Shown here: in pieces, positions 1-11,200 of the stretch
Position numbering within the stretch: the stretch's first letter is position 1
How the letters are laid out: each line of letters opens with the position of its first letter
From: an uncultured delta proteobacterium
GTDB lineage: Bacteria > Desulfobacterota > Binatia > JACPRU01
Length of the DNA: 64,000 nucleotides
Reading direction: 5' to 3'
Assembly: GCA_963745025.1 (NCBI GenBank)
Contig: CAVUWD010000011.1
Location: 480,001 to 544,000, forward strand
Made by a program: the position numbers and the translations under genes
The notes under the pieces: model-generated
What the model was told of the DNA's origin: nothing
Database searches by the model: none
Seen by the model: only the letters and a program-made list of their open reading frames with translations

Positions 1-647
1 CGGCGCGGATGGCCACGTCTATCTGAAGTACAAGAATTCCGACGTCGGCCCGCGCATCTGGAAGAACATCGTCGCGGCGCCGGTATGGGTGCCACCGGAC
101 GGGACCCCCGGGAAGGACCTCTTGACGAAGAAGGTCTTCGACCGCAAGCAAGGAGTCGGTCAACGTCGTCAACACCGAAGTGATGGGACCGGGATTTGCC
201 TCGGCCTACGGCCTCGTCATGGCGATCCACCTGAAGAAGCTCGAGGATGGCGGCCTCTTCGACAACCAGATCCGCACGCACGGCTCGGTCGACTACACCT
301 CGATCGCCCGGCGCTTCTCGCACGGCTGCCACCGCCTGGTGAACAACCGCGCCGTGCGGCTCTTCGATTTCGTGCTGCGCCACCGGAAGTTCGCACGGCT
401 CGGCAATCATGCGCTGCCGGGTTCCAAGCGAAGGTTCACGTACCGAGGCCGGCGATACGAGTACGCGCTCACGACGCGCGGCTACTATTTCGACCTCCGG
501 CCGCCCGTCCCAGTCACCGTGCTCGAGGGGCGCGTGCTCGGCGCGGCCAAGGAGCCGATCAAGCAGTACGTTCGCAAGCCCGGCGTCGACTACGGCCCGC
601 CTCCCCCCGACAGTCCGGTGGAAATGCAGCCGGTCGTCGGGCCATGA
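1..647 (+). CDS. L,D-transpeptidase (YkuD family), 5'-partial, apparent frameshift near 150-160
   Basis: IRTHGS...FSHGCHRL catalytic motif in ORF 180-647. Upstream sequence reads as coding (IVAAPVWVPPDG) in a different frame from the window start. Confidence 0.75.
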
Positions 648-741
648 GGGGGGACGTTGCGGCATCCACGGAAGAGTTGGCGGCCCGTGAGACCTCGCCG
701 GTCTCCGCCAGAATTCAGCAAGGCCGTCACGGAAATTATGC

Positions 742-905
742 GCGCGCGTGTTTGTGTTCGAGCCGTACTCGGATCGAACTCACACACGCGCAACCGCGCG
801 AAGCGCGGAACGGCTCGATGCGCGCGTTGGATATCGCTTTCCGCGCTACGCGCGGTGGCGTGGGTTTGCGGTCGACCCGACTACGGATCGACCGCAAACC
901 CACGC
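742..905. repeat. REP/REPIN-like element, copy A (two inverted hairpin modules)
   Basis: Hairpin with loop CCGTACTCGG, then ACCGCGCGAAGCGCGGAA, spacer, TTCCGCGCTACGCGCGGT, then hairpin with loop CCGACTACGG. Confidence 0.8.
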
Positions 906-998
906 GCGGTTCCTTCTTCCGCACACTGCGGCAGCCGCCCTCTGGCAGAAACTGAGGCGTCACGCCAATCAAGCTTCCCGACCGGCCCACTATTCCGT

Positions 999-1856
999 TT
1001 GTGCCGCAACGTCCCCACTGTCGCCCTCCTTCTTCTGCCGCTCGCGGCAGGCGGCGCCGACCCAACGTGGACGGCCGCCACACGCTGGAGCGCAGTGCAA
1101 ACCGCGAAGAGCGGCCCGGCGCGCGCGATCGGCACATACAACGGGGGCTGCGTCCAAGGGGCGGTCGCCCTGCCGCCAGACGGGCCGGGCTTCGAGGTGA
1201 TGCATCTCGGCCGCCACCGTTATTTCGGACACCCTGAGCTCATCGGCTTCGTGCGCCGGCTGGCGATCGCCGCGTCGGAGGATCACCTACCGATGCTGCT
1301 CGTCGGCGATCTCGCGCAGCCGCGCGGCGGTCCGACGCCGACCGATCACGGCAGCCACCAGTCCGGCCTCGACGTCGACATCGCCTACACGCGCCCCGCG
1401 CAGATGCTCTGGCAGCCCCTGCCCGCCTCCGAGCGCGAGGGCCTCGAGCTTCCGCCCGTCGTCGATCTCGAGACCGAGAAGTTGAACGCGGCGTGGACTC
1501 CGATGGTCGCGCAGCTGATCGAGCTCGCAGCCTCGGATCCAGCAGTAGAGCGTATCTTCGTCAACCCGGTGATCAAGCGCGCGCTCTGCGCGCACCAGAA
1601 GCCCGGAGCGCACTGGCTCGCCAAGCTCCGGCCGTGGTGGGGCCACCACGATCATTTCCACGTGCGCCTGAAGTGCCCCGCCGGCAGCGCCGAGTGTCGG
1701 CCGCAGCCGCCGGTGACCGACGACGACGGCTGCGACCTGTCGCTCGCCTGGTGGTTCACAAATGACGCGCACGCGGCGGCTGTGAAACGCCGTCAAGCCC
1801 CGCACCGGCTCGCGGGGGCGCTCCTTCCGGCGCGCTGTCGAGATATATTGCGATAA
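999..1856 (+). CDS. mepA: Penicillin-insensitive murein endopeptidase MepA
   Basis: AIGTYNGGC, RYFGHP, GDLAQPRGG, HGSHQSGLDVDI, RPWWGHHDHFHVRLKCP motifs. Signal-peptide-like N-terminus; start approximate (TTG 999). Confidence 0.9.
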   Translation: MCRNVPTVALLLLPLAAGGADPTWTAATRWSAVQTAKSGPARAIGTYNGGCVQGAVALPPDGPGFEVMHLGRHRYFGHPELIGFVRRLAIAASEDHLPMLLVGDLAQPRGGPTPTDHGSHQSGLDVDIAYTRPAQMLWQPLPASEREGLELPPVVDLETEKLNAAWTPMVAQLIELAASDPAVERIFVNPVIKRALCAHQKPGAHWLAKLRPWWGHHDHFHVRLKCPAGSAECRPQPPVTDDDGCDLSLAWWFTNDAHAAAVKRRQAPHRLAGALLPARCRDILR

Positions 1857-1898
1857 CGCCCGAGCGCCTGTACGAAGAGGCCGCGGGAGACATCCGAC

Positions 1899-2918
1899 AT
1901 GCCCGACAAGAATCGCAAGTGGGTTCTCAAGTCACGTCCGCGAGGGCTCGTCGAGCGCGGCAACTTCGAGTGGCGTGAGGAGGCCGTCCCGTCGATCCGC
2001 GACGGCCAGTTCCTGGTTCACAACCTCTGGCTCTCGTGCGATCCCACCCAACGCGGCTGGATGGAGTTCGACACCTACCTTCCGGCGATTCCCATCGGCG
2101 ACGTGATGCGGTCGGCGTCGGCCGGCCAGGTGATCGAGTCGAAGCATCCGGGCTTCGCGCGCGGCGATCTCGTTTCGGGCGCCTTCGATTGGCAGGACTA
2201 CGCCGTGAGCGACGGCAGCGGTCTCGTTCCGCCGATGAAGATCCCTCCGGGAGTCGATCTGCCGACCGCCCTCTCGCTCTTCGGCATCACCGGTCTCACC
2301 GCGTACTTCGGCCTGCTCGACATCGGGGCACCGAAGGCGGGTGAAACCGTCGTCGTTTCCGGCGCGGCGGGCTCGACCGGATCCTTGGCGGCGCAGATCG
2401 CCAAGATCAAGGGCGCTCGCGTGATCGGCATCGCCGGCGGCGCGAAGAAGTGCGAGTGGCTGACGAAGGACCTCGGCCTCGACGCGGCGATCGACTACCG
2501 CGGCGAGAACGTCGCCGCACGCATCCGGGAGCTCTGCCCGCACGGGGTGGACGTGTACTTCGACAACGTCGGCGGCGAGATCCTCGACGCGGTGCTCGCC
2601 CGTCTGGCGATGGCGGCGCGCATCGTGCTTTGTGGCGCGATCTCGGTTTACAACGACTTCGCGCACATGCCGGGGATCCGCAACTACGTGAGCCTCATCC
2701 TCCGCAGCGCCACGATGCGCGGCTTTCTCGTCTTCAGCTATGCGGCGCGTTTCCCCGAAGCGATCGCCGAGCTGGGCGCCTGGGCTCGGGCGGGAAAGAT
2801 CAAGAACCAGGTCGACGTGATGACGGGTCTCGAGAACGCCCCGGACGCGCTCCGCCGTCTGTTCACCGGCGAGAATCTCGGCAAGCAGCTCGTCAAGCTC
2901 GCCGAGCCGTCGCTCTGA
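1899..2918 (+). CDS. NADP-dependent oxidoreductase (MDR; prostaglandin reductase/CurA-like)
   Basis: LSCDPTQRGWM, GLTAYFGL, VSGAAGSTG, YFDNVGG, GENLGKQLV motifs. Confidence 0.9.
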   Translation: MPDKNRKWVLKSRPRGLVERGNFEWREEAVPSIRDGQFLVHNLWLSCDPTQRGWMEFDTYLPAIPIGDVMRSASAGQVIESKHPGFARGDLVSGAFDWQDYAVSDGSGLVPPMKIPPGVDLPTALSLFGITGLTAYFGLLDIGAPKAGETVVVSGAAGSTGSLAAQIAKIKGARVIGIAGGAKKCEWLTKDLGLDAAIDYRGENVAARIRELCPHGVDVYFDNVGGEILDAVLARLAMAARIVLCGAISVYNDFAHMPGIRNYVSLILRSATMRGFLVFSYAARFPEAIAELGAWARAGKIKNQVDVMTGLENAPDALRRLFTGENLGKQLVKLAEPSL

Positions 2919-2919
2919 C

Positions 2920-3981
2920 ATGCGCGTCGAGACCGCGCTGCCGATCGGCAAGGTCGACCCCGGAGTGCGTCAAGCCGAGGAGCGGCTCGATCTGCGACGC
3001 GTACCGGATCTCGCGCGCGAGGTCGAAGCGCTCGGCTACGACGGCCTGGTCGCGCTCGAGACCAAGACCGACCCCTTCCTTCCGCTCGCGCTCGCGGCGG
3101 CGGTCACCGAGCGCGTGCGCCTGACGACGGCCGTCGCGATCGCATTCCCGCGGAGCCCGATGGTGACGGCGCTCACCGCCTGGGGGCTCCAGAGCCTCTC
3201 GCGTGGACGCTTCACGCTCGGCCTCGGCACGCAGGTGAAGGGCCACAACGAGCGTCGTTACAGCGTTCGCTGGACGCCGCCGGGCCCACGGCTTCGCGAG
3301 TACGTGCTCGCGCTGCGGGCGATCTGGGATTCCTGGCAGAGCGATCGGCCGCTCGACTTCCGCGGCCGGCACTACACGTTCACGCTTATGGTGCCGCTCT
3401 TCAATCCCGGACCGATCGAGCACCCACAGATCCCGATCCAGCTCGCGGCCGTGAACCCGCTCACGTGCCGACTGGCGGGCGAGATCGCCAACGGCGTCCG
3501 GCCCCATCCGATCTGCACGCGGAAGTACATCGACGAGGTCATGCTGCCTGCGATCGAGGCCGGAGCGCGCAAGGCGGGGCGGAGCGCGGGCGAAGTCGAG
3601 GTCTGCGTGAGCCCGCTGATCGCCACGGCGGCCGATCCTGCCGGCGTCTCGCAGCGAGCCCGGGACGTGCGCGCGCGCGTCGCCTTCTACGCCTCGACGC
3701 GCACCTATCGGAGGGTGTTCGAGCTCCATGGCTGGGGCGGGCTGACGGACGAGCTAAGCCACCTCTCGCGCAGCGGCCGCTGGGAGGAGATGCCCGCGCT
3801 CGTTTCCGACGAGATGCTCGAGACGATCGCCGTCGTCGCTTCGCACGATTCCGTGGCGGACGAGTGCCGACGGCGCTACGCGGGCGCGGCGACCGCGATC
3901 GAATTCGGAATCCCGCTCCGCACGAGCGAGGATCGGGCGCTTCTCAAGGCCTTCGTGAGCAAACTCCAGGATCGCCCTTGA
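2920..3981 (+). CDS. LLM-class (probably F420-dependent) oxidoreductase
   Basis: DPFLPLALAA, AIAFPRSP, GRFTLGLGTQVKGHNERR and AFYASTRTY motifs typical of the TIGR03617-like LLM family; 1 bp after the upstream gene. Confidence 0.85.
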   Translation: MRVETALPIGKVDPGVRQAEERLDLRRVPDLAREVEALGYDGLVALETKTDPFLPLALAAAVTERVRLTTAVAIAFPRSPMVTALTAWGLQSLSRGRFTLGLGTQVKGHNERRYSVRWTPPGPRLREYVLALRAIWDSWQSDRPLDFRGRHYTFTLMVPLFNPGPIEHPQIPIQLAAVNPLTCRLAGEIANGVRPHPICTRKYIDEVMLPAIEAGARKAGRSAGEVEVCVSPLIATAADPAGVSQRARDVRARVAFYASTRTYRRVFELHGWGGLTDELSHLSRSGRWEEMPALVSDEMLETIAVVASHDSVADECRRRYAGAATAIEFGIPLRTSEDRALLKAFVSKLQDRP

Positions 3982-4021
3982 GAAAAAGGGGAAGGGGTCC
4001 CCTCTGCGGAACTCGCGTATC

Positions 4022-4483
4022 CTACCGGAGCGCCTGGAGCCGCACGAGCACCACGCCCTCGTCGACGATGTCGAGCGCCCGGGCGGCGGCGAGAGAGAGA
4101 TCGATGACGCGGCCGTCGACGAGCGGCCCGCGGTCGTTCACGCGGACGATCACCGAGCGGCGGTTCTCGAGGTTCGTCACCCGTACCCGCGTTCCGAACG
4201 GCAGCGTCCGGTGCGCCGCGGTCATCGCGAACTCGTCGAAGCGCTCGCCGCTCGCGGTTTGCTTCCCTTGATGGCGCTTGCCGTACCAGGAAGCATTCCC
4301 CACCTCCTGCCGGCCGGTCCTGAGCGTCGCGGCCGTCGGTCGGACGAGCGAGCACGCGCTCGCCGAGAGGAGCCAAAGCGCGAAGAGCGCGAGCCCTTCT
4401 CTCGGCGCGACCGAGGTGCTCCGGTGCGGTCCGCTTTGCGCCGCTGGGATCCACTCCGCGTCGAGCTTTTGGGGAGGTGTCAT
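4022..4483 (-). CDS. rlpA: Septal ring lytic transglycosylase RlpA family lipoprotein
   Basis: Lipobox-like SASAC; GNASWYG, TASGERF, TAAHRTLPFGT, VNDRGP, IDLS motifs. Confidence 0.9.
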   Translation of the reverse strand: MTPPQKLDAEWIPAAQSGPHRSTSVAPREGLALFALWLLSASACSLVRPTAATLRTGRQEVGNASWYGKRHQGKQTASGERFDEFAMTAAHRTLPFGTRVRVTNLENRRSVIVRVNDRGPLVDGRVIDLSLAAARALDIVDEGVVLVRLQALR

Positions 4484-4616
4484 CGGCTCTGGCTGGCGGC
4501 CGGTCGCTTTCCTTTGCTCGCCGTCTTTGAACCCGCGGCATCCTGAAACGTTTTGCACGGCGATCGCCGAAGTACCCCCTCGAGTTCCGCACGACGCTTC
4601 GAGCGGACGGAGGAAC

Positions 4617-4884
4617 GCGGTCGGTTGTGATCGGCCCGGACTCGGGTCGATCACAACCGACCGCAACCGCGCGCAAGCGCGGAAGGCAATAGACCACACC
4701 GAAGGGTGCTGGCCGGTTTTCAGCGATAACTCGTTGAACCTGCGGGGATTTCCCGCGCCATTTTCTATGGAACCGAGGGTTTTGGGCTTAGGACAGTACC
4801 CACCGAAAGCTATTGCGTTTCGCGCTCCGCACGATGGCTGGAGTTTCCGGTCGGGCCGAGTACGTCCCGATCGGAATCTCCAGC
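4617..4884. repeat. REP/REPIN-like element, copy B
   Basis: Hairpin 4617-4664 (loop CCGGACTCGG) plus ACCGCGCGCAAGCGCGGAA. Inverted partner hairpin 4837-4884 (loop CCGAGTACGT). Confidence 0.8.
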
Positions 4885-4975
4885 GCTTCTCGAAATCGCG
4901 GCGTTCATGCCGCAGACCGAGGCGCCACCCGCCGAAAGCCGTTTCGTTTGTGGCGGCGGATCGCTTTCGGGAAAG

Positions 4976-7900
4976 ATGCGAGCGATGGATGCGCCCGCAA
5001 AGATCGGTCTCCGCTCGCCCCGGTTCTGGAGCTTCCTTCTCGCGCAATTCCTCGGCGCCGCCAACGACAACGCCTTCAAGGTCACGCTCGTTCTGCTGAT
5101 CCTCGCGACCGTGTCAGGAGAGAGCACGCAGGTCCTTTACTCGAGCCTCGCCGCCGCATGCTTTCCGATTCCATTTCTCCTCTTCTCGCCGATCGCCGGT
5201 TATTTCGCCGACCGCTTCCCGAAGCACCGCGTGCTGTTTTGGACCAAGTCTCCGGAGATCATGGCCATGGGGCTGGCGACGTTCGCCTTCGCTTCGGCGA
5301 GCGTTCCGCTGCTTTTCGTGGCGCTCTTCCTGATGGCGACGCACAGCGCCTTTTTCAGCCCCGCAAAGTACGGCATCTTTCCGGAGGTCTTCGAGAACAA
5401 GGACCTCTCGTTCGCCAACGGCATCCTCGAACTCGCCACCAACCTGGCGATCCTCAGCGGATCGATCGCCGGCGTGTACGTGTACAGCCTCTTCAAGGGA
5501 CACCTGGCCTCCGCAGGGCTCACCTATGTCGGCGTCGCCCTGGTCGGTACGACGGCGGTCGCGTTCGCGCCCCGCGCCCCTGCCGGCAATCCGAATGCCC
5601 GATTCGTCTGGACGCTCGCTGCCTCCGTCGCGAGCGACTGGCGCGAAATGCGCAAGAGCCGTGTTCTCGGCTACACGCTTCTCGGCATCGCCTACTTCGG
5701 GTTTCTCGGCTCGCTGTTTCTCACCTTGATTCCGGTCTTCGGCCGCAACGTCCTCGCGCTCGCCGAAGAGGACGCCGGCATCCTCCTCGCCGTGCTTTCG
5801 ATCGGCATCGCCGCGGGCTCGCTGATCGCCGGCCGTCTGTCGCGCGGCCACGTCGAGATCGGGCTCGTTCCGCTCGGCAGCCTCGGCATATCGCTCTGCG
5901 CGTTCGACCTCGCACTCTTCGGCAACGGCTCATGGCGGTTGCCGTTCGGCATCCCGGCCCGCGCCGCGCTCGATCTCGTGCTCCTCGGCCTGTCGTCCGG
6001 CCTGTTCATCGTGCCGCTCAACTCGCTCCTCCAGCAGCGGAGCCCCGAGGGGATGAAGGGCCGGCTCATCGCCTTTTCGAACGTGCTCACGTTCACCGCG
6101 GTTCTCTGCGCCGCCGGGCTGCCCTCGTTGCTCACGAGCCTCGCGGGGTTCACCACCGCTCAAGTCATCCTCTCGACGGCGTTCCTCACGGTGGGCGGAT
6201 CTCTCTACGTAATGAACCTGCTGCCGGATTTTTTCGTCCGCCTGATTCTCTGGCTCGTCACGAACACGATCTACCGGGTGCGCGCCGTCGGCGAGAGCAA
6301 CGTCCCCCGCGAGGGGGCGTTGTTCGTCGCCAATCACACGTCGTGGGTGGACTTCCTGCTGATCGGCGCGGCCTGCGATCGCATGATCCGCTTCCTGATG
6401 TTCCGGACGTACTACGAGTGGCCGGCGCTCAACTGGTTCTTCCGCCGCATGGGAGCGATTCCCGTGGCCGCGGGCGATCCGCCGAGCAAGACCGAGGAGT
6501 CTCTGGCGATCGCGCGACGACAGATCCGCGACGGCCACGTGGTGTGCATCTTCGCCGAGGGCGCGATCACGCGCACCGGGAATCTCCTCAAGTTCAAGCG
6601 CGGCTTCGAGAAGATCGCCTCGGGCGTCGACTGTCCGATCGTGCCGGTCTACGTCGAGGGCATCTGGGGGAGCATCTTCAGCTACGAGGGGGGCAAGTTC
6701 TTCTTCAAGTGGCCGAAGGGGATCCGCCGGCCCGTGACCGTCGTGTTCGGCGAGCCGCTGCCCTCGACCGCCAGAGCGCACGAGGTACGGAGCCGCATCC
6801 AGGAGCTTTCCGTCGACGCGTACGGGCATCGCAAGGAGCGGCAGCGGCCGCTCGCCATCGAGCTCCTGCGCGCGGCGCGCCGTTACGGGAGCCAGCCGCT
6901 GCTCGTCGACGGCGCGTGCCGAGAGCTCGGGTTCCGCCAGACGGTCGTGCAGGCGATTGCGCTGCGCGATCGGATCTTCGCTCGCGCGCAGAGCGACGAG
7001 CGGATCGGCATCCTGCTTCCTCCGGGCGTGCCGGCCGCGCTCGCCAACTTCGCGACCACGCTCGCGGGCCGCGTGCCGGTGAACCTCGATCCGACGCCGC
7101 CCGGCGACATCGCTCGCTCGATGATCGAGACCTGCGGCATCTCGACCGTGCTGACGAGCCGGGCGTATCTCGAAAACGTCCGCGCCGAGGCGAAGCTCCC
7201 GCGCAAGGGGATCCTCGACGTGGCCGAGATCGTGAGCGATCTCGCCGTTTCGCGGCTCGCCGCGGCTGCGGTTCGCTGGCTCCCCGCACGGGCCGCCGCC
7301 AGGCTCCTCGGTGTTTGCGACACGCACGACGTCGACCGGGTGGCGACGATCCTCTTCTCCTATCCGACTGAGTCGCCGGACCGTCCGCGCGGCGCGCTCC
7401 TCTCGCACCACAACCTGCTCTCCAACCTCGAGGCGCTGCGGCAGGTGCTCGACGTCACGCCGCGGGATGCGATCCTCGGCCTGCTGCCGTTCTCGAACGC
7501 GATGAGTTTCGCCACGACGCTCTGGCTGCCGGTGCTGAGCGGGGCGCGTGTCGTCTACGGATTCGACCGACTGCATGAAGGACTCGGCGAGCTCGTCGCC
7601 GCCGAGCACGTGTCGCTCGTGGCGGTCAATCCCACGCTGCTCGCGTCGCTCACCGCGTCCGTGAGCCGCGAGCAATTCGCCAGCTTGCGCTTCGCCGCGG
7701 TCGGCGGTGAGGACTTGCCCGACGAGCTCGGCGAGGCCTTCGCCGCAAAATTCGGCATCGATCCGCTCGAAGGGTACGGCCGGCCGGAATGCGCGCCGAT
7801 CGTCTCGCTGAACGTGCCCGACGTGGCGCACGGGCGGGAGCGCCAGACGGGTTCCCGCCCGGGCACGACCGGTCATCCGCTTCCCGGCGTGTCGGTGCGG

Positions 7901-8110
7901 ATCGTCGATCCGCAAACCGGAAAGGCACTGCCGCCGGGGACCGACGGCATCCTCTGGGTACGCGGCCCGAACGTGATGAAGGGCTACGCGGACGGCGACG
8001 GCGACGTCCTTCGCGACGGCTGGTACGTGACCGGCGATCAAGCGCGCATGGACGAGGACGGGTTTCTCACGGTGTACTACCCGCCGCCGCAGGGAAGGGG
8101 ACGTTCTTGA
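4976..8110 (+). CDS. aas: LplT-type MFS / 2-acyl-GPE acyltransferase / acyl-ACP synthetase fusion (Aas-like), ligase domain degenerate
   Basis: N-terminal MFS (QFLGAANDNAFK, FSPAKYG), NHTSWVD and FAEG acyltransferase motifs, then an AMP-binding domain (EGYG...EC, GPNVMKGY, WYVTGD). Confidence 0.85.
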   Translation: MRAMDAPAKIGLRSPRFWSFLLAQFLGAANDNAFKVTLVLLILATVSGESTQVLYSSLAAACFPIPFLLFSPIAGYFADRFPKHRVLFWTKSPEIMAMGLATFAFASASVPLLFVALFLMATHSAFFSPAKYGIFPEVFENKDLSFANGILELATNLAILSGSIAGVYVYSLFKGHLASAGLTYVGVALVGTTAVAFAPRAPAGNPNARFVWTLAASVASDWREMRKSRVLGYTLLGIAYFGFLGSLFLTLIPVFGRNVLALAEEDAGILLAVLSIGIAAGSLIAGRLSRGHVEIGLVPLGSLGISLCAFDLALFGNGSWRLPFGIPARAALDLVLLGLSSGLFIVPLNSLLQQRSPEGMKGRLIAFSNVLTFTAVLCAAGLPSLLTSLAGFTTAQVILSTAFLTVGGSLYVMNLLPDFFVRLILWLVTNTIYRVRAVGESNVPREGALFVANHTSWVDFLLIGAACDRMIRFLMFRTYYEWPALNWFFRRMGAIPVAAGDPPSKTEESLAIARRQIRDGHVVCIFAEGAITRTGNLLKFKRGFEKIASGVDCPIVPVYVEGIWGSIFSYEGGKFFFKWPKGIRRPVTVVFGEPLPSTARAHEVRSRIQELSVDAYGHRKERQRPLAIELLRAARRYGSQPLLVDGACRELGFRQTVVQAIALRDRIFARAQSDERIGILLPPGVPAALANFATTLAGRVPVNLDPTPPGDIARSMIETCGISTVLTSRAYLENVRAEAKLPRKGILDVAEIVSDLAVSRLAAAAVRWLPARAAARLLGVCDTHDVDRVATILFSYPTESPDRPRGALLSHHNLLSNLEALRQVLDVTPRDAILGLLPFSNAMSFATTLWLPVLSGARVVYGFDRLHEGLGELVAAEHVSLVAVNPTLLASLTASVSREQFASLRFAAVGGEDLPDELGEAFAAKFGIDPLEGYGRPECAPIVSLNVPDVAHGRERQTGSRPGTTGHPLPGVSVRIVDPQTGKALPPGTDGILWVRGPNVMKGYADGDGDVLRDGWYVTGDQARMDEDGFLTVYYPPPQGRGRS

Positions 8111-8199
8111 CCTTCGTAACCTTTGTCGCGTCTCTCTCCGTAGAGGACTTCGCCAAAGCGAGGAACGTGACGAAGGTTACGAAGGTCAAGAACGTCCCC
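8097..8199. mobile_element. MITE-like element with 27-bp perfect terminal inverted repeats, copy 1
   Basis: GGGGACGTTCTTGACCTTCGTAACCTT ... AAGGTTACGAAGGTCAAGAACGTCCCC; second copy at 27916-28017. Confidence 0.7.
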
Positions 8200-8200
8200 C

Positions 8201-11200
8201 TCACCAGGTGTCGATGCACGGCCGCTTCTTGCCGGCGCCGCGGCGGCGGCGGCGGCGCCGAGCGCGAGCGCGCTCACGATCCAGCGGCGCGACTCCGCCG
8301 GGTCGATCACGTCGTCGATCTCGAAGTGCGACGCGGTGTTCACGCGCCTTGCCGTGCTCGTACATGCGCGTCGACCATCTCCTCGAAGAGCGCCTTGCGC
8401 TCGGCCGGATCGTCGAGCGCCGCGAGCTCCTTGCGGTAGCCGAGCTTCACCGCACCCTCGAGGCCCATGCCGCCGAACTCGCCGGTCGGCCACGCGACGC
8501 GTGAAGAGCGGCGCCTTGAAGCTGCCGCCCGCCATCGCCTGCGCGCCGAGGCCGTAGCCCTTGCGCAGCACGATCGTGAAGAACGGCACGGTGAGGCTCG
8601 CGCCGGTCACGAACATGCGCGCGCGCGTGGCGCACGAGCGCGGTCTTCTCGACCTCGGGCCCGACCATGATGCCCGGGCGTGTCGCAGAGGAACAGGATC
8701 GGGAGGTCGAACGCGTCGCAGAGCTGCATGAAGCGCGCGGCCTTGTCGGCGCCGTCGCGTGTCGATCGCGCCGGCGAGGTGCGTCGGGTTGTTGGCGATG
8801 ACGCCGAGCGGCCGGCCCTCGATGCGCGCGAGCGCCGTGACCATGCCGAGGCCGAAGCCGCGGCGCAGCTCGAGCACCGAGCCGGTGTCGGCGAGCGTCT
8901 CGATCACCGCGCCGCACGTCGTAGACGCGCAGGCGGTTCTCGGGGATGACGGCGCGCAGCACGCGCTGGTCCGCGCATCGCCAGTCGCGACAGCGCGCCC
9001 TGGAAGTAGGAGAGGTACTGCTTCGCGACGCGCGACCGCCTCGGCCTCGTCGGCGACCGGCGACGTCGACCACGCCGTTCGGCACCTGCACGTCGATCGG
9101 GCCGACCTCCTCGGGGCGGAAGACGCCGAGCCCGCCGCCCTCGATCATCGCCGGGCCGCCCATGCCGATGTTCGAGTTCTGCGCGTCGCGATGACGACGT
9201 CGCAGCAGCCGAGCAGCGCGGCGTTGCCGGCGAAGCAGCGCCCGGAGTTGATGCCGACCAGCGGCACGAGCCCGGAGAGCCGCGCCGAAGTAGTGGAACG
9301 CCATGCAGTCGAGGCCCGCGACGCCGAGGCCGTCGGTGTCGCCCGGCCGCCCGCCGCCGCCCTCGGTGAAGAACACGACCGGCAGCCGCCGCTGCTCGGC
9401 GAGCTCGAACATGCGGTCCTTCTTGCGGTGGTTCTGCACGCCCTGCGTGCCGGCGAGCACGGTGTAGTCGTACGACATCACGACGCAGCGCGCGCCGCGT
9501 CGGCTCGAAGAGCTGCCCGTTCACGCTGCCGATGCCGGCGACCAGGCCGTCGGCGGGCGTGCGCTGCGATCAGATCCTCGAGCGTGCGGCGCGCGCGCTG
9601 CGCGGCGATCACGAGCGGGCCGTACTCGACGAAGGTCCCGGGATCGCAGAGGTCGTCGACGTTCTCGCGCGCGGTGCGCTGGCCGGTCTTGCGCCGGCGC
9701 GCGACCGCGTCGGGCCGCGCCGTCGTCGAGCCCGACCGCGTGGCGCTCGAGCACCTCGGCGAGGTCCGGGCCGGATGCGCGTCGAGATCGACCGTCGCCG
9801 CCGCGGCCTCGCGCCGCGCCGTCGACCGTCGCTCGGCTCGAGCGAACACGAGCAGGATGGCCCTCGAACGACGGTGTCGCCCGCGCGCGACGCGCGACGC
9901 GCTCGCACGACGCCGCTGGTCTCGGCCGCGATCACGTGCTCCATCTTCATCGCTTCCATCACGAGCAGCGGCTGACCCGCGCGCACCGCGTCGCCTTCGG
10001 CGACCTCGATGCGCGACGATCGTGCCCTGCATCGGCGCGCGGACGACGGCGGCGCCGGCCGGCGCGGCGCTCGGCGAGGCGGCGCGCCCGCCGCCGAGCC
10101 GCGGCGGCTCTTGCCGTGCGCGAGCACCGCGAGCGGATCGGCGCGCGTCGACCCGCGCGCCGGCGAGCTTCTGTGCCGGCCGCGCCGTCGAGCTCTCGAA
10201 AAACAGTCGTCGCTGCTCGTCGCTCGCCGCCGGAGCCAGCTCCGCGGCGTGCTCCTCGACGAAGCGCGTGTGGATCTCGTTGGCGGCCACGGCGGGATGC
10301 CGGAGCAGCGCCTGCAGGAACGCGAGGTTCGTCGCCACGCCCTCGATCCGGAACTCGCCGAGCGCGCGGTAGGCCCTCGCCACGAGCGCTCGCGAAGCTC
10401 CGGCGAGGCCGAGTGCACGATCAGCTTGGCGAGCAGCGAGTCGAAGCGCGGGCTCGTCGTCGTAGCCGGCGTAGCCGAGCGTGTCGACGCGCACGCCCGG
10501 TCCGGACGGCGGCTCGAACGCCGTGAGCGTGCCGCCCGCCGGCGTCGCCGTGCCGTCGGCGCGCATCGTCTCCATGTTGACGCGCACCTGCGATCGCCAA
10601 GCCGCGCGGCTCGGGAACGTCGCCTGTCGCAAGCCCGAGGGCTTCGAGCGAGCGTCGCCCGCGGCGAGCCGGAGCTGCGCCTCGACCAGGTCGACGCCGG
10701 TCACCTCCTCGGTCACGGTGTGCTCGACCTGCAGGCGCGGGTTCGCCTCGATGAAGACGAAGCCATCGCCGGCGTCGCCGGCGTCGACCAGGAACTCGAA
10801 CGTGCCGAGGCTCTCGTAGCGCGCCGCCTCGGCGAGCCGCACCGCCGCCGTCGGCAGCCGCTCGCGCAGGCTTCGCCGAGCCCCGGGCTCGGCGCGATCT
10901 CGACGAGCTTCTGGTGGCGGCGCTGCAGGGTGCACTCGCGCTCCCAGAGGTGACTGACCGCTCCCGTGCCGTCGCCGACGATCTGCACCTCGACGTGCCG
11001 CGCCCGGAGCAGGTAGCGCTCGACGTAGAGGTCGCCGTTGCCGAACGCCGCCTGCGCCTCGGAGCGGCAGCGCTCGAAGGCGTCCTCGAGCGTCGCGGGG
11101 TCCGCCACCACGCGCATGCCGCGGCCGCCGCCGCCGGCGACCGCCTTCAGACGATCATCGCACCCGCGCCGAGCGCGGCGAGGAACTCACGCGCCTCGGC

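Noticed and set aside
4813-7371. Long alternative-frame and antisense ORFs (e.g. 4813-7371, 5930-8041, 13800-15965, 59184-60923)
   Set aside because: Arg/Ala/Pro-rich shadow ORFs expected in high-GC DNA, overlapping well-supported genes.
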